Assembly: GCA_043821645.1 (NCBI GenBank)
Contig: JBDRCO010000023.1
Span: 160,001-224,000, forward strand
Source of the DNA: Pseudomonadota bacterium
GTDB lineage: Bacteria; Myxococcota; JACRCW01; JAFGSX01
Direction of reading: 5' to 3'
DNA length: 64,000 nucleotides
Within the stretch, counting starts at the first letter, position 1, and every line of letters begins with the position of its first letter. Position numbers and translations under genes: made by a program. Shown piece by piece: positions 47,883 to 64,000 of this stretch. The notes under the pieces are model-generated. The model worked only from the letters and a program-made list of their open reading frames with translations. It was not told the DNA's origin and searched no databases.

Positions 47883-49396
47883 TAGAAATGGGGGGCGCAG
47901 GGCGCAGTCTCGACCGTCGCCCGCGGGAGCCTGGAGAAGTTCAGCACTTCCAGGACCGAGGTCACCCCGACCACCGCAAAGCCACAGAAGAAAAGGGCGA
48001 GCCAGGGCAAGGACCACCACGCCTCACGCTGCGCAGCGGTGACCAGGGCAACACCGTAGTACAGCGCGAGGACCAGCTCGAGCCACACTGTCCACGCCAG
48101 CGAAGCCCGGTAGCCCGAATGCCGGGAGCGCGCCGGTTCGTCCTGGGCGCCGATGGCCGCGAGCTTGGGCGTCCGCAGGAAGGGACTGTCGTGACCGATC
48201 AGCGCCTCGATGACCGCCCTGGCGTTGTTCACCGAGAGGCCTGCGCCGATGACGAAGAGCAGGGGTAGCGCCAGAATGCGACGCCACCAGCCCGCTCCGG
48301 ACGCCTGGGCCGCGCGCAAGAAGTAGAGACTGACACCTCCGCTGCCGAGCACCAGCAGGACCAGATCCACCGCCAGCATCGTGGTCGACCCCAAAGCAAG
48401 CCGCAACGCGACAGCTACAGGAAGCAGCAGAGCCAGCACCGCCATGAGCAGGTACGCGCCGTTGTTGAGCAGATGCAATCCGGCCTCGATGCGTGTTGCC
48501 CTGGCCATGGGTTCGCGCAGGATTCGGCCAAGCAACTTGCGCGCGGTCTGGATCGAGCCCTTGGCCCAGCGGAACTGCTGTGCCTTGAAGGCGGTGATCT
48601 GGGAGGGCAACTCGGCTGCGGCCGTGGCTTCGGGCCGGAACACGAAGCGCCAGCCAGCGAGCTGGGCGCGATAACTCAGGTCCAGGTCCTCGGTCAGCGT
48701 GTCGTGCTGCCATCCGCCCGCGGACTCGATGCAGGTCCGACGGAACACACCCGCCGTGCCGTTGAAGTTGAAGAAGCGCCCGTGCCGGAAGCGTGAGACG
48801 TGCTCGACCAGGAAGTGCCCGTCGAGCATCAGGGCTTGCACCGAGGTCAGCGCCGAGGCCCTGGGGTTGAGGTGCTGCCAGCGCCCCTGCACCATTCCGA
48901 CCTGGGGATCCGCGAAGTCGTCAACACAGCGTCGCAGGAAGTCGGGTGCTGGCACGAAGTCCGCGTCGAAGATCGCGATGAGTTCGCCGCGCGCGAGGCG
49001 AAGACCATGCTCGAGAGCCCCGGCCTTGAACCCCACGCGTTCACCGCGCTGCAGGTGCTGGATGTCGAGACCCCTGGCCCTCCAGTGGTCGACCGCTGCG
49101 TCCGCGATCCCGACGGTCTCGTCGCTGGAGTCGTCCAGGATCTGCACCTGCAGGTGATCCCAGGGATAGTCCAGGGCAGCCACGGCATCGATGAGCCTGC
49201 GCACCACGAAGCGCTCGTTGTAAACAGGGAGCTGCACCGTCACGACGGGAAGTTTCTCCAGCGCCGGAACACATTCGCGGACCGGGCCGCGCCGCAGGTG
49301 CAGCGCCACCAGCCACAGCCTGTGCAGGCCGAACAGCGCCAACCCGCCCATGGTGGCGACGTACGCGGCGATGATGATGGGGGCGAGAATGTTCAT
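47879..49396 (-). CDS. GT2 processive glycosyltransferase (cellulose-synthase-like)
   Basis: QLPVYNE, DDS, FKAGAL, DAD, TEDLDLS, QFRW; multiple TMs. Confidence 0.9.
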   Translation of the reverse strand: MNILAPIIIAAYVATMGGLALFGLHRLWLVALHLRRGPVRECVPALEKLPVVTVQLPVYNERFVVRRLIDAVAALDYPWDHLQVQILDDSSDETVGIADAAVDHWRARGLDIQHLQRGERVGFKAGALEHGLRLARGELIAIFDADFVPAPDFLRRCVDDFADPQVGMVQGRWQHLNPRASALTSVQALMLDGHFLVEHVSRFRHGRFFNFNGTAGVFRRTCIESAGGWQHDTLTEDLDLSYRAQLAGWRFVFRPEATAAAELPSQITAFKAQQFRWAKGSIQTARKLLGRILREPMARATRIEAGLHLLNNGAYLLMAVLALLLPVAVALRLALGSTTMLAVDLVLLVLGSGGVSLYFLRAAQASGAGWWRRILALPLLFVIGAGLSVNNARAVIEALIGHDSPFLRTPKLAAIGAQDEPARSRHSGYRASLAWTVWLELVLALYYGVALVTAAQREAWWSLPWLALFFCGFAVVGVTSVLEVLNFSRLPRATVETAPCAPHFY

Positions 49397-49448
49397 CTGG
49401 ATCCCGCCGTCCCCGGCGCAGCTTGGAGTGGTCCGATCGATCGGTTGG

Positions 49449-49476
49449 ATAGTAGTCGGGTGAGGGAGCGTGTCAA
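49449..49476 (-). promoter_or_regulatory. Sigma70-type promoter for the GT2 gene
   Basis: TTGACA-N16-TACTAT. Confidence 0.55.
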
Positions 49477-49579
49477 GACGTGGAGACCGACCTCAGCGTC
49501 GAGGTCAGGATGCATCAACGTCGTCAGATGAGAATTTTATCAGGGCGCCGGTCGAGAGCCTCCCGGTGCGTGTCCGCGC

Positions 49580-53722
<4,143 letters not shown>

Positions 53723-53838
53723 AGGAGGCTCCCTTTTTTCCAGGGGGGCGTCGGGCTCCCCCCGTGCCCGCCGGGCTCGGGTCCCGTCGGGCTCACCCCT
53801 GCCAGCACGCCGGCGGGGGACTTGGATATATCCCTACA

Positions 53839-57954
<4,116 letters not shown>

Positions 57955-58400
57955 GGACGACGCCCCTTGTCTCGTCGAGAGCGTGCCTCGACGTCGTTGC
58001 ACCGCTGCGAACCGGTGCTACCAGATACGGTCGCGCGCGATTGAATCCCTTGTCACACTAGATCGAGTCACGTCGGAGAGAATCCTGCTGGGCCGTGGAG
58101 CCAGGAAGGCCGGGGCGGGGAGTGAGGTGTACGCCATCAACGCCCATCGCCTCCGTCGAGACTCGCGGGCTTGGCGTCGGGCCAGGGCCGCGAGCACGAG
58201 ATAGGTCCAAAGACGAAACGCTCCTCGTCCCGGTTTGTCCAAGGCGAGGAGCGGTCTTTGTCCTAGAAGTCGCGGGCTACTTAGCAGCTAGATACTGGAG
58301 CGTCCAGGTTTTTCTGCAAATGTGAGGCCCACCTGAATTTTCTTTATTTTTCAATTCGTTATATCTCACTCATAAGACATAGCCTGAAACATTCACGTAT
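57955..58400 (-). promoter_or_regulatory. rpoB upstream region: AT-rich promoter zone and multi-hairpin leader
   Basis: AT-rich tract about 58336-58400; inverted repeats at 58202-58265, 58162-58194, 57999-58018 and 57973-57993. Confidence 0.5.
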
Positions 58401-58477
58401 CAATGGGCCGGATCCGACGTCGGCGCTCCCTACCTGAACCCCTGGAATAGGCGCGCCTCCTGTGGCGGATGCGGCCT

Positions 58478-58894
58478 TCACTCCCCGATGATCTTGCACA
58501 GCACGCGCTTGCGGCGGCGGCCGTCGAACTCGAAGTAGAAGATCTGCTCCCAGGTGCCGAAGTCGAGCGTGCCCTCGGTGATGGCGCACACCACCTCGCG
58601 GCCCATGATCTGGCGCTTGTGATGGGCGTCGCCGTTGTCCTCGCCGGTGCGGTTGTGGCGGTAGCGCTTGGGGTCGTGGGGCGCGAGGCCCTCGAGCCAG
58701 TCCTTGTAGTCCTGATGCAGCCCACTCTCCGCGTCGTTGATGAACACACTGGCGGTGATGTGCATGGCATTGACCAGGCACAGGCCCTCGCGCACGCCGC
58801 TCTCGGTGATGGCCTGCTGCACCTCCTCGGTGATGTTGACCAGGTCCATGCGCGCCGGGATGTTGAACCACAGTTCTTTGCGATGAGACTTCAT
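58478..58894 (-). CDS. yjbQ: YjbQ/UPF0047 family protein
   Basis: [31 protein letters not shown]. Confidence 0.9.
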   Translation of the reverse strand: MKSHRKELWFNIPARMDLVNITEEVQQAITESGVREGLCLVNAMHITASVFINDAESGLHQDYKDWLEGLAPHDPKRYRHNRTGEDNGDAHHKRQIMGREVVCAITEGTLDFGTWEQIFYFEFDGRRRKRVLCKIIGE

Positions 58895-58919
58895 GACGGC
58901 TCCGTTCGCGATCGAGACA

Positions 58920-59699
58920 CTAGACCTTCGGCCCCTCGAACCACGACGCCAGGAAGCGGCGCACCTCGGGGTGCTGGCTGTGCTTGAAGTGTTCGGGCGG
59001 GCCATGCTCGACGATCTGACCCTGATACAGAAAACAGATCTGATCCGCGATCTGAAAGGCCGAGGAGATGTCGTGGCTGATGACCACGCTGGTCACGCCC
59101 AGCATCTTCTTGGCGTGCAGGATCATCTCGTCGACCATGTCCGTGGTCAGGGGGTCGAGGCCGGTGGTGGGCTCGTCGTAGAGCACGATCTTGGGGTCCA
59201 GGATCACGGCCCGGGCCAGGCCCACGCGCTTGCGCATGCCGCCGGACAGCTCGGCGGGAAACTTCAGCTCGACCTCGGGGCCCAGGCTGAACAGCTGCAG
59301 CTTGTCGCGCACGCGCTGGGCGATCTCGTCCTTGCTCAGGGTGGTGCGCTCGCGCAGGGGAAAGGCCACGTTGTCGAACACGCTCATCGAGTCAAACAGC
59401 GCCGCGCTTTGAAACACCATCCCGAAGTCGGCGCGAACGTCATTGAGAGCCCGGCCGCCCAGCCCCACGATGTTGGTGCCGTTGATGCGAACCTCGCCCG
59501 AGTCGGGGTGCTCGAGGCCAATCATGTGCTTCATGAGCACACTCTTGCCCTGGCCCGAACCGCCCAGGATCACCGTGGTGGTCCCCGGCGGCACCGCCAG
59601 GTTGACCCCGCGCAGCACCTCCTGAGCCCCGAAGCGCTTCTTGAGCTCGATGATCTCGATCATCGCGGGCGGGATGGCCACTGCGGGCTGGGCGCTCAT
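58920..59699 (-). CDS. MlaF/Mkl-like ABC ATPase
   Basis: [54 protein letters not shown]. Confidence 0.88.
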   Translation of the reverse strand: MSAQPAVAIPPAMIEIIELKKRFGAQEVLRGVNLAVPPGTTTVILGGSGQGKSVLMKHMIGLEHPDSGEVRINGTNIVGLGGRALNDVRADFGMVFQSAALFDSMSVFDNVAFPLRERTTLSKDEIAQRVRDKLQLFSLGPEVELKFPAELSGGMRKRVGLARAVILDPKIVLYDEPTTGLDPLTTDMVDEMILHAKKMLGVTSVVISHDISSAFQIADQICFLYQGQIVEHGPPEHFKHSQHPEVRRFLASWFEGPKV

Positions 59700-59833
59700 G
59701 GGGTGCGTGTATAGCGCAGAGACCGCGCGGACCCAAACGACTTCGAGAGGCACCGTGTCCCGGACCGTGCGCAGGGGAGTGGGCATTCTTCGCTCCCGGT
59801 GCTACATCGCTGCCACCTCACGAGGGACCCCGC

Positions 59834-61111
59834 ATGCCGCAGCCCCGTCGCCAGGCCGCCATGGTCTTCATCGTCGTCACCTTGCTGCTCGACGTCATCG
59901 GGCTCGGCATCATCATCCCGGTGTTGCCGCACCTGGTCGAGCACATGCTGGGCGACGACGCGAGTCGCGCAGCCGAGGTGTATGGCCTGCTGGCCTCGTC
60001 CTACGCCGTGATGCAGTTCCTGTTTGCGCCAGTGCTGGGAGCCCTGAGCGATCGATTCGGACGGCGTCCGGTTCTCCTGGTCGCGCTGTTCGGCTTTGGC
60101 ATCAACTACCTGATCATGGGCTTCGCACCGTCCATCTTCTGGCTGTTCCTGGCGCGCATCCTGTCAGGCGTCACGGGTGCCAGCATCACCACCGCCAATG
60201 CCTACATCGCGGATATCTCGACGCCGCAGAACCGTTCTCAGAACTTCGGCCTGGTCGGCGCCATGTTCGGCATAGGCTTCATCATCGGTCCGGCTGTCGG
60301 CGGCGTGCTCGGACACTTCGGCCCGCGCGTGCCCTTCTTTGCGGCCGCGGCCGTCGTGTTCGCCAACTTCCTGTACGGGCTGCTGGTGCTGCCCGAGTCC
60401 CTGGCCGTCGAGCACCGCAGGCCCTTCAAGCTGACGCGCGCCAACCCCCTGATTGGAGTGCTGTCCCTCGGCCGCTTCAAGCTGGTGGCCGGACTCGCGC
60501 TGGCCTTCACCTTTGCATCGCTGGCGCAGCGCGGTCTGGAGACCGTGTGGGTGCTCTACACCAGCTATCGCTATGGCTGGCACGAACTCGAGAACGGTCT
60601 CGCCCTCGCCCTCGTCGGCGTCACCGCGGCCATCGTGCAGGGAGGACTCATTCGCAAGATCATGCCCGTGCTCGGAGAGCGCCGGGCGGTGGTCGCCGGC
60701 CTCTCACTGTCTCTGATCAGCATGGTGCTGTACGGCCTGGCCAGCCAGAGCTGGATGATGCTGGCAGTGGTCGCCGTGTCCGCCCTGGGTGGTATCTCCA
60801 TGCCCGCGATCCAGGGCCTGGTCGCCGGCAGCGTGCCACCCTCGGAGCAAGGGAGCGTCCAGGGCACCCTGACCTCGCTGATGAGCCTGACCGCCATTGC
60901 GGCGCCGTTGATCTCGAGCCAGCTCTTCGCGTTCTTCACCCGACCTACGGCTCCGCTGCAGCTTCCAGGTGCACCCTTCTTCGCCGGGGCCCTTTTCGTG
61001 AGCCTGGCGCTGGTCACCAGCATCCTGGTGTTCCGGAGAATCCCTGCAACGGCTCCGTCGCCAGCGGACCTGGTGCCCGGAGCCGCCGCCGAAGCGGGTC
61101 CTGCATCCTGA
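59834..61111 (+). CDS. TetA-like (DHA1) MFS efflux transporter
   Basis: LDVIGLGIIIPVLP, GALSDRFGRRPVLL, AYIAD, GFIIGP, LPESL. Confidence 0.9.
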   Translation: MPQPRRQAAMVFIVVTLLLDVIGLGIIIPVLPHLVEHMLGDDASRAAEVYGLLASSYAVMQFLFAPVLGALSDRFGRRPVLLVALFGFGINYLIMGFAPSIFWLFLARILSGVTGASITTANAYIADISTPQNRSQNFGLVGAMFGIGFIIGPAVGGVLGHFGPRVPFFAAAAVVFANFLYGLLVLPESLAVEHRRPFKLTRANPLIGVLSLGRFKLVAGLALAFTFASLAQRGLETVWVLYTSYRYGWHELENGLALALVGVTAAIVQGGLIRKIMPVLGERRAVVAGLSLSLISMVLYGLASQSWMMLAVVAVSALGGISMPAIQGLVAGSVPPSEQGSVQGTLTSLMSLTAIAAPLISSQLFAFFTRPTAPLQLPGAPFFAGALFVSLALVTSILVFRRIPATAPSPADLVPGAAAEAGPAS

Positions 61112-61216
61112 GTCGGCTCGCGAGCGGCAGGCGAAACTCGCCCCGGGTCTGCGCGCACATCCACCCAGCTTGCATGCACTCGCGGCCTGCGCTGAGATGG
61201 CGCGAGGAGGGACTCC

Positions 61217-61786
61217 ATGAAGAGTGATCGCATCCGGATGAGTGTCGAAGTCTCCGCGCCCCCCGAGGATGTGTACAAGGCCTGGCTCAGCGGCCGCAGC
61301 CATGGCGCCATGACCGGATCGCATGCGACCGGCAGTGCCCGCGAAGGCACACGCTTCACCTCGTGGGACGGCTACATCGAGGGTGAGAATCTGAGTCTGG
61401 AGCCCTACGCGCATATCCTGCAAGCCTGGCGCGCCGAGGACTTCCCGGAGCAGGCTCCACCGTCGCGGCTCGAGATCTCGCTCGTCGCGACCCGGGTCGG
61501 GACCAGGCTGCTGTTGACGCACACCGAGCTGCCGGCGGGGTCCGCAGAGGGCTACGCCCAGGGTTGGCGGGAGTTCTACTTCGAGCCCATGCGCTCGTAC
61601 TTTGCGCGCCGCTCGACCAGCAAGGTGCGGGCGGGCGTCAAGAAGGCGGCTGCGCAGAAACCGAAGCGGGCTGCGAGCAGCAGTGCCCGGACCGCGGTCA
61701 AGGCCAAGCCTTCGACCCGGGCAGCGACCCGCGCTCCAACCAAGAAGAAGGCGGCCAAACCCGCCAAGAAGGTCGCCCGGCGCTGA
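61217..61786 (+). CDS. SRPBCC/AHSA1-like protein with Lys/Ala-rich tail
   Basis: VYKAWL, WDGYIEG, QAWR, GWREFYF; GAGGAGG RBS. Confidence 0.85.
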   Translation: MKSDRIRMSVEVSAPPEDVYKAWLSGRSHGAMTGSHATGSAREGTRFTSWDGYIEGENLSLEPYAHILQAWRAEDFPEQAPPSRLEISLVATRVGTRLLLTHTELPAGSAEGYAQGWREFYFEPMRSYFARRSTSKVRAGVKKAAAQKPKRAASSSARTAVKAKPSTRAATRAPTKKKAAKPAKKVARR

Positions 61787-61806
61787 GCCTTTCTCCCGTG
61801 GCCTGC

Positions 61807-63048
61807 TCAGGCCTCTGATGCACTCTTGAGCACGCACTGCAGCAGCACGTTGGCTCCGGCCTCGCAGTCCTGCCAGGTCGTGTTCTCGACCTCGACGTGG
61901 CTGCGGCCGCCGATGGACGGCACGAAGATCATGGCCGTGGGGCAGCATTTGTTCATGTAGCTGGCGTCGTGACCGGCCCCGGAGACCATGCGCAGCGACG
62001 AGTAACCGAGTTCACGGGCGCTCTCGAGGACGCGATCTACGAGCTTTTCGGAGAAGGGCTGGTGCCCCACCCGCCAGGTCTCCTCGATGCGGATCGGGCA
62101 GCCCCGGCGCTCGGCGATGGCCTCGAAGTCCTTGCGCACGAGGTCCCAGGCTGCGAGGGCGTGATCGTCGTCCCAGGACCGGATGTCGACGGTGAAGTGC
62201 ACGCGGTCCGGGATGATGTTGCGCGAGTTGGGTCCGTTCTGGATCTCGCCCACCGTGGCCACCATGTTGCCGTCCATGCGCGCCGGCAGCTCGTTGACCT
62301 TGAGGATCATCTCGGCGGCGGCGCACAGAGCGTCGTGGCGGCCGGCCATGGGCGTGGGGCCCACCTGGTTGGCCGTTCCCTCGAGGTACACGTCGTACCA
62401 GTGCAGGCACAGGATGCCCTTGGGTGCACCGATGAGCTTGGCCTCGCGCTCGAGCATGGGGCCCTGCTCGATGTGGTACTCGTAGTAGGCGTGCACCGGA
62501 AAGGCCTGACACACCTGCTCCCCTCGATAGCCGATGCGCGCGAGCTCGTCGCCTTGCTTGGTGCCCTGAATGTCCGTGCGTTCGTAGGCCCACGCCAGGT
62601 CCAGCGCGCCAGCCCACACACCCGACGCCACCATGGCCGGGGCAAAGCGGCTGCCCTCCTCGTTGGTCCAGTCCACCAGCACCAGGGGACGCTCGGTCAC
62701 CACCTTGTGCTCGTGTACGGTGCGCAGCACCTCGAGCATACCCATGACGCCGAGGATGCCATCGAAGCGGCCACCCTTGGGCTGGCTGTCGACGTGGGAA
62801 CCGCTCATGACCGGCGGCAGCTCATCGCGACGACCGGCGCGGCGACCGAAGATGTTGCCCATCTGGTCCACCGAGACCTGGCAGTCCAGCTCCTTGAGCC
62901 AGCGTGTCAACAGGTCGCGAGCCAGCTTGTCCTCGTCGCTGAGCGCCAGCCGCTGCACGCCACCAGCGGGTGTGCCTCCGATCTTCGCCATCTCCTCCAG
63001 CGAGGCGCGCAGGCGGGCGCCGTTGATGCGCAGGGCACCGCTGTTCAT
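61807..63048 (-). CDS. M20-family N-carbamoyl-amino-acid amidohydrolase / beta-ureidopropionase-like
   Basis: GSHVDSQP.GGRFDG, NEEGSRF, EYHIEQGP, SGAGHDA; AAGGAGG RBS. Confidence 0.9.
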   Translation of the reverse strand: MNSGALRINGARLRASLEEMAKIGGTPAGGVQRLALSDEDKLARDLLTRWLKELDCQVSVDQMGNIFGRRAGRRDELPPVMSGSHVDSQPKGGRFDGILGVMGMLEVLRTVHEHKVVTERPLVLVDWTNEEGSRFAPAMVASGVWAGALDLAWAYERTDIQGTKQGDELARIGYRGEQVCQAFPVHAYYEYHIEQGPMLEREAKLIGAPKGILCLHWYDVYLEGTANQVGPTPMAGRHDALCAAAEMILKVNELPARMDGNMVATVGEIQNGPNSRNIIPDRVHFTVDIRSWDDDHALAAWDLVRKDFEAIAERRGCPIRIEETWRVGHQPFSEKLVDRVLESARELGYSSLRMVSGAGHDASYMNKCCPTAMIFVPSIGGRSHVEVENTTWQDCEAGANVLLQCVLKSASEA

Positions 63049-63049
63049 C

Positions 63050-64000
63050 TCATCCTCCTTGGCCCAGGTCTTGTTCAGGAGACACACGCTGCGAACGGTC
63101 CCTGGTTTGCGCGGTCTCCAGCTCTGATCTGGACTGCGAGATCCCGCGGGGGCAGGTGTAGCGCTGCATCTGGGTGTAGGGATCCTGTTCCTGGTTGGTC
63201 TGCGGGATTCGGGCCTCGAGCTCGGTCGGGTAGGCCACGACCTCGAAGTGCGACGGCGTCTCGAAGGGCAGTCTCTCCAGGAGCTGGTAGCGGCCAGACT
63301 CACGCCCGACCGGGTCCTGCAGGTGGCGCAGGCTGTACCGCTCAGGCAGCACCTCCAGCAGTGCCTTCGGAGAGGTGAAGGAATCGACGCTATGGGGAGT
63401 GATCTCGATGATCAGAACCGGGCGATTCGCGGTGACGGTCCCTCGCAATCCTTCCAGGACAGGTCGTTCGTAGCCCTCGACGTCGATCTTGATCACGGTG
63501 ACGGTGCCGGCCTTAGCCAGGACATCGTCCCCCCGGACCACCTGGAGCAGCATCGTGTGCGGGCTTTCGTCCCTCTTCTCCGGCCGGGTGAAGCCGCCCG
63601 TGCCATTGTTGCCTTCGGCGGGCTCCTGAAAGACAAGAGTGCTGGCGGCCGCCCCCAGCCCGACCGCGTGAACCGTCACGTTGGTCAGGCGGTTGCGCTC
63701 GATCTGAGCTCGCAGTTTCTCGACCACTGGCGGGTAGGGCTCGAAGGCATGCACCTGCGCGACCCGGGGCGCCATGAACAGCACGTGCTGCCCGGTATTC
63801 GCCCCGACATCGACGTAGACCGGCTCGGCGTGGTCGAAGGCTTGCAGCAGATCCGCCATGAAGAAAAGGACATGCTTCTCGAAGGCACCGCGCTTGAGCA
63901 CGGTGCGGTCGATCAGCTCCGAGGTGCTGCCCGAGTAGGTCAAACCGAAGAAATCGACTGTGAAATCGCGCGGAGGGAGTTGAACGGGCCCCGGCAGGAC
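63050..64000 (-). CDS. FkbM family methyltransferase (5' truncated by window edge)
   Basis: VDVGANTG, AFEP, KIDVEGYE; frame open to base 64000. Confidence 0.85.
   Translation of the reverse strand, partial: VLPGPVQLPPRDFTVDFFGLTYSGSTSELIDRTVLKRGAFEKHVLFFMADLLQAFDHAEPVYVDVGANTGQHVLFMAPRVAQVHAFEPYPPVVEKLRAQIERNRLTNVTVHAVGLGAAASTLVFQEPAEGNNGTGGFTRPEKRDESPHTMLLQVVRGDDVLAKAGTVTVIKIDVEGYERPVLEGLRGTVTANRPVLIIEITPHSVDSFTSPKALLEVLPERYSLRHLQDPVGRESGRYQLLERLPFETPSHFEVVAYPTELEARIPQTNQEQDPYTQMQRYTCPRGISQSRSELETAQTRDRSQRVSPEQDLGQGG

Noticed and set aside
49489-49506. GACCTC/GAGGTC hairpin after rpoC as an intrinsic terminator
   Set aside because: No U-tract on the minus strand; not called.
59834-61111. 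Acquired tetracycline resistance gene
   Set aside because: Generic TetA-like MFS; no tetR or mobile context, and composition matches the host.

Overview
High-GC bacterial chromosomal window, most likely Myxococcota/deltaproteobacterial (MYXO-CTERM protein, MXAN_5187-like protein, Hanks kinase, Cys-rich lipoproteins, delta-type RpoB/RpoC). About 45 credible CDS. In order: C-terminal part of a ThiF/E1-like protein; thrABC; an ALDH + Fe-ADH pair; EamA and OPA-type MFS transporters with a GATase and a HAD hydrolase; orn and an AcuC-like deacetylase; an ABC-2 exporter; a nine-gene minus-strand redox operon (P-loop protein, four-subunit 2-oxoacid:ferredoxin oxidoreductase, HydC/HydB/short HydA-like module with no catalytic H-cluster, 4Fe-4S protein); a Ser/Thr kinase; a MYXO-CTERM protein; a thioester alpha-2-macroglobulin; a GH57 branching enzyme with a DUF4912 partner carrying 18 PKKAAx repeats; map; panC; a GT2; rpoB-rpoC with no flanking ribosomal-protein genes; yjbQ; an orphan MlaF-like ATPase; a TetA-like MFS; an SRPBCC protein; an N-carbamoylase; and a partial FkbM methyltransferase. 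No tRNA, rRNA, CRISPR array or transposase was recognised. Best leads: (1) the oxidoreductase-linked, catalytic-subunit-less bifurcating module; (2) stand-alone rpoBC with a structured leader; (3) a 136-nt rod-like inverted repeat; (4) the DUF4912 protein with histone-like repeats and a possible degenerate GH57 tail; (5) a possible phospho-aminoalcohol gamma-glutamylation pathway. All family calls are by motif recognition by eye; no searches were run.
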